A stretch of DNA of 64,000 nt from contig JAKMXF010000365.1 in assembly GCA_024704765.1 (NCBI GenBank), forward strand, positions 868,001 through 932,000, read 5' to 3'. This document shows, piece after piece, positions 54,888 to 64,000 of this stretch (positions within the stretch are counted from its first letter, which is position 1; each line of letters starts with the position of its first letter). The DNA comes from Oopsacas minuta (taxonomy: Eukaryota > Animalia > Porifera). A program made the position numbers and the translations under genes. The notes under the pieces were generated by a model. It searched no databases and was not told where the DNA came from. It saw only the letters and a program-made list of their open reading frames with translations.

Positions 54888-56033
54888 CTAGAACTTGGTT
54901 TCATCTTGCTCTCCCAGTATCATACTCACTCGAGGTTTAGCTGGTTCATTCGCTGGCTGTCTCTTTTCCCTAGCTACTCTCCTAGCTTCCTCCTGTGCTG
55001 CTATATATCTTTGTAATATCCTCTCAGCCCACGAGAGTAGCTTTATTCCGTCTGGAGGAATCTCTACATTTTCAGGTCGTTTGTTTAGAAGGTAGAGCAG
55101 ACGTGTGACATCACGCATTACAGCTTTATATTGCTGTACATTCTCGTGATCAGCTGGTAGTTCTTTCAAGCGTCTTCTCATGTCATTTAGCATTTGTAGA
55201 AAAGTAGGAGCGCGCTCTCGGAGAAGATTTAGTTTATCATTGAAAAGTTCTCCTACTTTCTCTAGGTTAGATTCTCGCTCAAATCCTGGATTCGTAGCAG
55301 ATACAGAATCTTGACTTTGAATAGAAGTGACGTCAGTATCTGATATAATGCTCTTAGTATCAGTATTACTATCAGGTATAGAAGGTGCTTTTGCTGGACT
55401 AGCTTTATCCGTCTTAACTAGTCCTCTAACTATCTGTATAGACGGATCCTTCCTGGAGCTAGCTATTGCTCCTGCCCGGGTATTAGCCTCTACGGTGGAT
55501 AATTCAAACGAGCGTTGCCTGTGACTCATATTAGGTATAAGTGTGTTATAACGAGTAAGGAAGAGATATACAATAACAATAATAACTACAATGAGGATCA
55601 GTAGGAGGATTACAGCTAGAACAGCAAACACCCAGTTAGGAGCACTTGAAGGTTCACTTGTAGCAGTGATACATATTAATCTGCCAAATGTAGAATTGTC
55701 ATATTCAATTTTCTCTAGTAGGTATCCATGTGGACACTCATCTATACATGAATCTGATTCAGGATCTAGGTATTTTTGTTTTCTACACTTGTAGCAGGCG
55801 TTGTAGGGACCACAGATGAGACAATAGTCTTGGTTACAAGTAGTGGCGAGTACTATGTCACAAAATGTATTGTTGATAAAATGTGAAGCATAGCCTGCAT
55901 CACACTGACATTGTAGTGATACACAAGAAGAATGGTCTAGACAGGTTGAGTTATCAGTGCAAGTTCCGTTGGTTGTGAAAGCCACATGGAGGTGACATAA
56001 TATAAAGATGACGAGTATAAAAAGGCGGAACAT
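54888..56033 (-). CDS. Type I membrane protein: signal peptide, EGF-like and furin-like cysteine-rich repeat, TM, helical cytoplasmic domain
   Basis: MFRLFILVIFILCHLHVAFT signal; C..CLICG....CYKC....YL......C...CP.GY furin-type repeat; TM WVFAVLAVILLLILIVVIIVIVYLFL. ATG at 56033 (alternative 56066). Confidence 0.8.
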   Translation of the reverse strand: MFRLFILVIFILCHLHVAFTTNGTCTDNSTCLDHSSCVSLQCQCDAGYASHFINNTFCDIVLATTCNQDYCLICGPYNACYKCRKQKYLDPESDSCIDECPHGYLLEKIEYDNSTFGRLICITATSEPSSAPNWVFAVLAVILLLILIVVIIVIVYLFLTRYNTLIPNMSHRQRSFELSTVEANTRAGAIASSRKDPSIQIVRGLVKTDKASPAKAPSIPDSNTDTKSIISDTDVTSIQSQDSVSATNPGFERESNLEKVGELFNDKLNLLRERAPTFLQMLNDMRRRLKELPADHENVQQYKAVMRDVTRLLYLLNKRPENVEIPPDGIKLLSWAERILQRYIAAQEEARRVAREKRQPANEPAKPRVSMILGEQDETKF

Positions 56034-56462
56034 GTTACCTAGTGGAGTACCTAGAAATTTGTACATGTTCAAATATTGAAAAGTACACGACACATGTGTC
56101 TAAGGTGCACAACACATGTGAAGTTTACAGTGATTAATTAAAGTGCAGAGAGCATGCTCGTTAGGTACTGAGAGCAAAGGAGTCCAAGATGTTCCCTTCA
56201 TTTAAATTTTGTATATTCTAAATGGCTGAAATCACAGCTGACATATATGTTCTCGTTAATACGTACATCAAGAGATTGCCAAAATTCGTACTCCTAAATT
56301 GAATTAAAGGAAATTAAATAATTAAGTTCACTCACTCACTCCGCCCGTCGCCACCGTCGCCGCCGCCCCCCGGCAGGGCGAAGTCAATTCAAAATGAACT
56401 GAAAAATAAATCACTTTTTGATTTGATTTGATTTGAATGATTTGATTAGATTAGATTAGATT

Positions 56463-58380
56463 GAGAGTATGACTTTTGTGTACGAAGCTAGTGCGACGTT
56501 TGTGTACACATATAACTGTACACAAACGTCGCCTTAGCTGCCTTTAGTGCGACATTTGTGTACAGTTCTGTATAAAATTATATATAAATCAGATTATGAG
56601 CATATCAGGTTGTAATAACAATTAAGTACCTAATCGAAAGTTTTGCACATCATTATGGACTACTAGTCTATCCGATGGGAATCATTTTTGGAAAATAAAT
56701 GGGTTCCTCTCAATGGAATTGTTCTCTCGAACGCTCTAAATAGTTCTACCACCCTATCAACTTATGAACTGATGGAGAAGCCGTTTGAAGTCCTGATAGC
56801 TATTCTTCTCCCCTTGCGAAATACACAATATTCCCTCCAACAAATATCACTTGGACTGGATGAAAATTTTGTTACCCTTGCAAAACCTAGCCTGAAAGTG
56901 GGATACAAGATCAAATTGAATTCTGAATGCGTGAAAGTAGCATTGATGAATTGGGGGAGTACCAAGAATATGGAGGGATAATAACTTGGACTGGTGATGA
57001 AGATGTTACATTCATCAATAGTGTAGGAATACAGGAGAAACTATCAGATCTCCATAATTCTTGCCACAGTAGACAGCAACATATGGATCTCTTGCATAAT
57101 GAAGCTGCTGAAAATGCAAAAGAATTTGGAAATGCTTTTGCGGATATGAATAATATCATACCGATGGATAGCTCTATCTTTTTATCTGAAATTGACCCAC
57201 CAAGAGCACGAGACAAACTGTCATATGATGGATATATTTATAACTTTCAGCGCCCAACAAATGTCGCAAAACACTGGCGTTGTCAATTCAAAAATTGTAA
57301 AGGCCGCATCCATACTGTCGGAACCTCTATCTTAAAAATGATAGGCCAATATTGCCATGCGGAAGAAATTGGGAAAGAAGAAGTTTTGAATTTCGCAACA
57401 GAGTTAAAATACGTGCCCTATAATCCCATGATAATCCTCACGAATCATTGCGCGAAGCATCAGGGAAACTAACCGAAATGGCAAAAAATTCTACCGCGGG
57501 AAAAAAAGCTTAAATAAACTTTGCCAACGGATAAGACCTATGCCAACTAATCCTACCTCTCTATTCGATCTTCACGTAGATTCAAGTCTAAAATCATTAG
57601 GCGGCAATAGCTTTTTATTATTCGATACCGGACAGGGAATTGATGTGATGATCATTTTTGGAACCGAAGAAAACAAAAAAATTCTCTCCTTTGCACCAAT
57701 TTGGATGGCAGATGGCACATTTAACAGCATTGCTTTTAGATTATCTCTATAGGTCACAAATACTGTAGATTTTAGTGTTACCTTATTTCGATATGATAAA
57801 CAATAAGGATAATTTGTTGTAAGTATAAATACATTAAATTAGGGATTTTAACGACAAATTGCTAAAAACGACATTTTCTATTCCTGCTGCATCAAAATCA
57901 CATTAGGACGACTTTGGGCCAACCCATACTATGTACTGCAGAATGTTATCGAGCATGTTAATAACTTTTGGTTAAATCTGTTAAATTTGCAATAATTGGG
58001 GTTCATCAATAAAATTTTTACTAATTAATACTTCCACTGTTTTTGATTTAACAGGTGGCTACTTACATAAATAGAAGGATGGGTTACGTTCCTGAAAATT
58101 GCCACGAACTATGGGTTAATGAGATTGTTGGTGTTACGTTCCTAAATTCCAGTATGACACTAGATATAGTTTTCTAAATACGAGATTTATATAAAAGCGA
58201 AGCACACATTATATGTAAGCGATAATTGCTGGAAAGACTAGATTATACAAGCCAGCTCACAGGGTTTAAACGTTTTTTATTTGGGATAATTTTTCGGGCA
58301 TCAGCAAAATCCATACACAAACGTAGCAATAACTGTTCACAAACGTCGCATGAAGTACTGTACACAAATTTCTCCCTCCG
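56463..58380 (+). mobile_element. Mutator-like (MULE) DNA transposon, defective
   Basis: Inverted ends carrying TTTGTGTAC..TGCGACGTTTGTG, flanked by 9-bp GATTAGATT on both sides. Contains FLYWCH and transposase remnants. Confidence 0.7.
56927..57752 (+). pseudogene. FLYWCH + truncated MULE transposase
   Basis: LSYDGYIYNFQRPTNVAKHWRCQFKNCKGRIHT (FLYWCH). After frameshifts, MIIFGTEENKKIL...WMADGTFNS (first catalytic Asp region), then it stops. Confidence 0.8.
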
Positions 58381-58415
58381 GATTAGATTAGATTAGATTA
58401 GATTAGATTAGATTA

Positions 58416-59692
58416 GGAGTGAGACATTTGTGTACAGAGACATTTGTGTGCAAGACAAGTGTGACATTTGTGTACAACTTAGTGCATAATTTTGGTGCGA
58501 CAATTGTCTACAGATTTCTGTATACTATGTAAAGATTAAGATTAAGATCCATCTATTGAATTTACAAGTATTATAGTTTCTTTAAAGTTAAAATTTGCTC
58601 TAAGAGAATGATCCACGCAGAAAACAAATATTCAAGCATATTGTTGTTTCTATGTCAAGTGTTTGTGTATGAATTCTATGAATTTATCATCCAAATAAGT
58701 GTATTTTTAACTAATTTCTAGAATTCATTTTCGTATCATGTACTCATTCAAAAATTAGTTGTTGAAAATTCACAATGAATTGATACAGTTTGGCTCATGA
58801 TTGTAATACGTAGGATTGCTTCTCAGTCCAGTTTAGGCCTCTTATATATTATTTATTCCTAAACTCTAATTAATACATTCTGAATTCAAATGGATTATTT
58901 ATTGATATTCGGGGATACATCCATTGAACACAAATGGACTGATCTCGTCCAGATAACACACGCATCGTCTCTCAACCGTGAAACTACCCTCGTAAACACA
59001 GAAAGGATTTATCTTTACTGACAAATACATCATCGGAAGTATTAATTGCCCTGCCTTCCCAAACGGACCTGTAAGCCAATTTTGAGAGTTTGTCCCGGGA
59101 ATTGGATAAAGTATTCGTGAAGCTCGGAAAACCTTGCTTGAAGGCAGCATACAAAATCCCGTTAGACAAACCCTTTTAATTAATAGAATCCATAGTACAA
59201 ATGAATTTGAACTTCCCTGGAAATTGAGTAGATCTCGAATCTTCTTAATTTGGACGTAGGGATTAATTAAAACTTGAGTCTTCCTTGAATTTTTCTTAAA
59301 AAATATTCGCATAATTTCACTAAACAAAGAAATAATTGTACTACAGTCAACATCCGCTATCTCGAATGCCCGTTAACTCGAACATTCATTATTTCGGGAC
59401 AGAATTTGATTTCCTTTGAATGTTCGAGATAACGGATGTTGACTGTATATGTGTACGAGAAGAGAAATTCAATACATTATCACAAATTAAAGATTCTACT
59501 TGTGTGCAGTTCGTCGAGTTAAAGGGAGCTGTAACCTTAGACTGATTTCTAAGTATTCACACAGAAAATCTGTACACAAATGTCTCTGTACACAAATGTC
59601 TCTGTACACAAATATCCTTGTACACAATTGTCGCACCAAAATTAAGTACTAAGCTGTACACAAATGTCTCTGTACGCAAGTGTCGTACTTCC
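58416..59692. mobile_element. Second, non-autonomous MULE-like element with ~100-130-bp TIRs
   Basis: Left GGAGTGAGACATTTGTGTACAGAGACATTTGTG..TAATTTTGGTGCGACAATTGT is the inverse of 59556-59692. Bordered by (GATTA)7 and (GATTT)3. Confidence 0.7.
59344..59445. mobile_element. 102-bp Tc1/mariner-type MITE nested in the second MULE
   Basis: TA|CAGTCAACATCCGCTATCTCGAA ... TTCGAGATAACGGATGTTGACTG|TA. Confidence 0.85.
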
Positions 59693-59819
59693 GATTTGAT
59701 TTGATTTGATTGAGTCTCGTTAATACGGACACGGTTAAAATTTCCTATTAGTATATCTTTCAAATTTCCTATTCTTAATAATTAAAATTTCTTAATACCA
59801 AGAGCTTGTCTTCAAAACA

Positions 59820-60746
59820 ATGAAAGTACTCCTCCTCTCCCTCTCAGCTGTGATTTGCTGCTGTGTCAATGTAGTTGTTCTCGAATTTTTACTCAAAGAA
59901 GATCCAAACATGGCTAACACAATGACATTCTGTCAATTCCTATTTATATCCACCTTCCTATTCGCAACACACTCTAAGTTTGGTTCCCGACCTCTTGCAG
60001 TTCCTCCTGTCTACCACGCCCTTATGGTAACTTTCTTCTTCATCTCAAATGTTGTGAACAATTGGGTTTTCAAGTTTAACATTTCTCTTCCCTTACACAT
60101 GATATTCCGCTCTGGCTCTCTTCTCGTTAACATGATCCTTGGGGTCTTACTTATGAATAAGAGATACTCATTAATGAAATACCTGGCCGTTGTCATGGTA
60201 ACTATAGGAATTGCATTAGCCACGACAGTATCTGCTAAAATGGTTCAAAACAAGGAATATGGAGAAGATACTGAATTTACTATTTGGCTATTTGGCATTT
60301 TTATGCTAGTATTTGCTTTGATATCTTCTTCTATGCTGGGCCTAGCTCAAGAAAAGTTTGTAACAAAATTTGGGAAACATCCCCAGGAAGCAATGTACAT
60401 GTCCCACATACTACCTCTCCCCGGTTTTCTTATATTTATCCCAGAGATACTCACGAATTTCTCTAACTTTTCTAGATCAACACCAATTAACCTTTATATT
60501 CTATTTTTCCCTAAAATGTGGTTACTAATGATACTTAATGTGGCATCATCCTTCCTGTGCATTCGTAGTATATTTTCATTGACTACAGAGGCGCCTTCTC
60601 TTACAGTTAACTTGGTTGTGAGCCTCAGAAAGTTCGTGTCTTTAATCTTCTCAGTTTTATATTTTCAAAATCCCTTCACAATATATCACTGGTTATCTAC
60701 AGTACTTGTATTTGCAGGTACTTTCATATTCAGCATGGTAAGATAG
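59820..60746 (+). CDS. SLC35B4: Nucleotide-sugar (UDP-xylose/UDP-GlcNAc) transporter, intronless
   Basis: CCCVNVVVLEFL..MTFCQFLF..ISLPLHMIFRSGSLLVNMILG..KRYSLMKY and SLRKFVSLIFSVLYFQNPFT. Confidence 0.93.
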   Translation: MKVLLLSLSAVICCCVNVVVLEFLLKEDPNMANTMTFCQFLFISTFLFATHSKFGSRPLAVPPVYHALMVTFFFISNVVNNWVFKFNISLPLHMIFRSGSLLVNMILGVLLMNKRYSLMKYLAVVMVTIGIALATTVSAKMVQNKEYGEDTEFTIWLFGIFMLVFALISSSMLGLAQEKFVTKFGKHPQEAMYMSHILPLPGFLIFIPEILTNFSNFSRSTPINLYILFFPKMWLLMILNVASSFLCIRSIFSLTTEAPSLTVNLVVSLRKFVSLIFSVLYFQNPFTIYHWLSTVLVFAGTFIFSMVR

Positions 60747-61452
60747 GGCAGAAGTATTGGAGAAATTATACAGTCATTTTAACTCTAGAAAAATTATTTA
60801 GTCATTCTGTAATTCACAATGCATTAATTAGTTTCTAGAAATTAAATTTAGGAGTTGTTCTATATTAAATAATAAATTCATTGTTAATTACCTAATAATA
60901 ATTATACAGTGAACTCTGCATTATTAATCTATATCCTGTATAGTTCATTATAATTACATAACCTTAAGAGTTGCCGCCAACAAGACTATAACATTTCTTT
61001 GTGTTAAGCTGACTTGTATATTGTGTCTGGTTGCACCTTTATTATTTCAATTATAAAGTTATACAATATATGCCTAGCAGTAACTACAATACTTATTGTT
61101 GAGAAGATCTGCAATTGCGAAAGTTCTCTTTTGATTATACAAAGATCTCAACTCTCATTATTGTAAGCTCAAGGTGGATATAGTATCAATAGTCCGATCT
61201 TTTGAACTAATAACGTTTGAATGTATTCCAGCACTAAGTTAGCTTCCTCTCTTTACTTCTGATATAATGATATTATAAGTGTCTTCACAGCTACGCATTT
61301 ATGATAAATATTATTTAATATATAATTTGATACTATTGTCGCATTAGTACTTCCCACTATTGAGCAACCTACAGACAGTAACTTTATTTAAATATATTTT
61401 TAGAATTACTTGTAATGATATTTGTGAAGATCTCAATTGAATCAGAAAAATA

Positions 61453-64000
61453 ATGGCAATGGACAAGCGTAAAAAGAAACTGAGTTCTCAAAATTCTATA
61501 TCAGGTAAAAATTGTGAGGAAGAACATGCTCGTCTCTGTGAGATAATCGCAAAATGGAATCAAGAACGGTTCTCTTTGTTTGAAATATCACTGCCGAATG
61601 AATCGCTGGAGTTCTCTGGGGTAATACGATTCTTCTACAGAGACTCTAAAGGCCCATTCAACACAAAATGTATAAAAGTATCTAGTAAAGACACCTGTCA
61701 ACACCTCATAGAGATATTAGTTGAGAAGTTCCGTCCTGACATGAAGATGCTTTCCAATCCCCAGGACTTTTCCCTGTCCGAGATATTTCCGAATGGAGAA
61801 CGCAGATCTCTAACAAGAGAAGAGAAACCTCTCCTCTCTCAGCTAAATTGGAACAGAGATGAGAGAGAAGGGTACTTCCTGTTAGGTCAAACTAATTCAG
61901 AGCAAAATGAGATTTGTAAGCAACAAGTTGACCTGACATTATTCCAGAAGAAAGATAAAGTCAAGAAGAAGAAAAGCAGAATGTCTATCAGGTTTCCTAA
62001 ATCATTCTCAAAGAGTTACCGTGTGACAGGAGGAGAGAGTAAAAGCAAACCATCTACTCCTCTCCCTCCTGCGTCCTGTCAATCGTCACAATCCTCAGGA
62101 GTCCATCTTAACAACAGCTCTGTAACAGGTAAAACTAACAGCGAAGTATTCTCTCAACTCGAGGGTATGCATTTGATGCGTACTCTCTCTAATCCTGAAG
62201 GAGTACTCAGGATACGGAGAGAGCGAAAGTTGGAGGAGATCAAGAATGCTTTGAAAGACCCCGGCACAACTACTATCAAAATATACGCAGAAAACTTAAT
62301 ACCAGAGGTTCCATACAAAACATTACTAGTCACTCCTGAACACACAGCTAATGACGTCATTAGAATAACACTAGAGAAGTACCATATGGAAAGAGAGGAT
62401 CCTTCTGACTATTGTCTTGTGCAGTATAGTCTCCCATCAGGAGCTAGCTGTATTACAACTACAGGCAGAGATGAATGTATTGTAGAGCCAGGCGATTTTC
62501 CTCTACACAGGTTCAGAGAGCATCAAGCTAACTTCCCAGATCTTAAAGTGATATTCCAACTCCGTAAGATTGATCAAGCCATGCTACCAAAGATAATCCC
62601 TCAGGAACTACGTCCCCTTCATCCGTTTGACTCATACAGAAGTAGATCTCATAAAGCCAAGCAATCACTACCTTGCTTCTACCCAATGAGAGGGGGTAAG
62701 CCAGATAAACAGCACCGTATACAGGTTTATGCTAATGATTTTAAAATGCTGGTAGGCTCCAGACGAGGGTTCAATCAACAAGCAGACAAATACATAGCTC
62801 TGGAGGGAGCGGATATACTCCCTGAGCATTGTATAGTAGAGGGGTATAAAGGGGTATGTCGTCTCATCCCCACTTCAAGGAATGGACCAGTTTATATTGA
62901 TAATATTCTCATTCAGAAACCTACCTCATTAACTTCTACTTGTGTAGTTAGATTCGGTAGACACTATGACTTCCAGTTCTTCTTACCCGATACAATCCCT
63001 AGCAAATCCTCTACTAACATTACAACATATCCTTTAAGAGGATTACATTCAGTAAAGTCTGTAGACTCAGACATAGAGACTCGTCCCTCCTCTGAACTGG
63101 GGGAGTATAAGAAAGAATTGCTAACTCTACAAAGAGTACTTAGTGACGGAGCAATCAATGAATTTTCTCATCTACAAAGACTCAGTCCGCATGACGATAC
63201 CCCTGAGACTATATTCATGTCAGATGGAAAAGTTATTTCTTTATCCAATTACTCCAGTTCTAATATGGACGATTTCTTACCAGAGGAGCTACCTAAACCA
63301 GTGATACCTACGTCACGTAACCCTCGTAGCAGTGTTCGTATAAAAGAGGAACCTCTCATACTCCCTGCTACTTTATCATTCTCTCTCCACTCTATCTGTC
63401 ATATCATAGACTGTTTTATAACAGATGTTAAGTATAGTGACGTCACATTTAAACATGCTCCAGCATATGCCCTGTATATCTGTGTGCGTTCTTTCCTAAA
63501 TGGAGATTCTCTATGTGACGCTACTCTATCAGAGCGCCTGCAGGGAATGAAGGAGATGTTAAGCTGTTCCGCCTCTCTGCTCAAGGCTACTGTTGCTCAG
63601 AGCAGACATATCCCTGGTCCACTTGCTTTCTGGATAAACAACATGTCCGAGTTGTTACATTTCCTTCGTAGAGATGGAGAGGTTTCTCCTCACTGTCCTG
63701 ATGTTCTCACCTCTCTCACCCAGCTGACTGCCTACGCGTTCAGATCTCTCTCTGAGTCTATCTGCAAGGAAGTAGAGCCTCACCTCACCTCTCTCTTCTC
63801 TCCAGCCCCCTCCTCTCCCTCCCAGCTGCTTGATACAGATTCAGAACCAGCTGAGTCCTTCCTTGACATGTTATGGAAACCAGGAGGTGTAGCGTCTCGT
63901 CTCTCCAGTCACAATAGAAGTGCTTGTAGTCTGTTCTCCATACTAGATGCTATATACAACCTTATGGCATCTTGTAATGTTAACAAGGAAATAACTCGTG
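61453..64000 (+). CDS. AFDN: Afadin/AF-6/canoe, 5' part (RA1, RA2, FHA, start of DIL); runs off the window end
   Basis: Translated by hand: IIAKWNQERFSLFEISLPNESLEFSGVIRFFY..TKCIKVSS..LVEKFRPDMKMLS; IKIYAENLIPEVPYKTLLV; FKHAPAYALYICVR. All three spot-checked segments are in the same frame. It is absent from the ORF track, consistent with having no stop codon inside the window. Confidence 0.92.
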   Translation, partial: MAMDKRKKKLSSQNSISGKNCEEEHARLCEIIAKWNQERFSLFEISLPNESLEFSGVIRFFYRDSKGPFNTKCIKVSSKDTCQHLIEILVEKFRPDMKMLSNPQDFSLSEIFPNGERRSLTREEKPLLSQLNWNRDEREGYFLLGQTNSEQNEICKQQVDLTLFQKKDKVKKKKSRMSIRFPKSFSKSYRVTGGESKSKPSTPLPPASCQSSQSSGVHLNNSSVTGKTNSEVFSQLEGMHLMRTLSNPEGVLRIRRERKLEEIKNALKDPGTTTIKIYAENLIPEVPYKTLLVTPEHTANDVIRITLEKYHMEREDPSDYCLVQYSLPSGASCITTTGRDECIVEPGDFPLHRFREHQANFPDLKVIFQLRKIDQAMLPKIIPQELRPLHPFDSYRSRSHKAKQSLPCFYPMRGGKPDKQHRIQVYANDFKMLVGSRRGFNQQADKYIALEGADILPEHCIVEGYKGVCRLIPTSRNGPVYIDNILIQKPTSLTSTCVVRFGRHYDFQFFLPDTIPSKSSTNITTYPLRGLHSVKSVDSDIETRPSSELGEYKKELLTLQRVLSDGAINEFSHLQRLSPHDDTPETIFMSDGKVISLSNYSSSNMDDFLPEELPKPVIPTSRNPRSSVRIKEEPLILPATLSFSLHSICHIIDCFITDVKYSDVTFKHAPAYALYICVRSFLNGDSLCDATLSERLQGMKEMLSCSASLLKATVAQSRHIPGPLAFWINNMSELLHFLRRDGEVSPHCPDVLTSLTQLTAYAFRSLSESICKEVEPHLTSLFSPAPSSPSQLLDTDSEPAESFLDMLWKPGGVASRLSSHNRSACSLFSILDAIYNLMASCNVNKEITR

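Noticed and set aside
58416-59692. Short repeated GACATTTGTGTACA units resembling a CRISPR array
   Set aside because: No unique spacers, the copies are arranged as inverted termini, the context is eukaryotic, and there are no cas genes. These are transposon subterminal repeats.

Overview
AT-rich animal genomic DNA with spliceosomal GT-AG introns. No CRISPR, rRNA or tRNA was seen. The compact, intron-poor style would fit a sponge such as a hexactinellid; that is inference only. Gene names come from my recollection of the human protein sequences; no database search was run. Housekeeping genes recognised from their translations: GTF2H4, TRAPPC9, MRPS7, RPL6, a Domino/SRCAP/EP400 remodeller, WAPL, SLC35B4 and the 5' part of afadin. 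Main result: TRAPPC9 is one many-exon minus-strand gene from 39644 to about 10342. Most of its exons are missed by the ORF track. Its two halves join in phase across a ~19 kb intron (16066-35143). That intron holds a nested cluster of seven divergent multi-zinc-finger loci built largely from C2H2+C2HC finger pairs (five intact, two frameshifted; some with RS-rich or G-patch modules), plus a 4-TM gene and its pseudogene. Other notable items: a convergent pair of CNC/Maf-like bZIP genes lacking the invariant Asn and Arg of the basic region, an EGF+furin-repeat membrane protein, two tandem Mutator-type elements embedded in (GATTA/GATTT)n microsatellites, and many MITE and mini-Helitron insertions.
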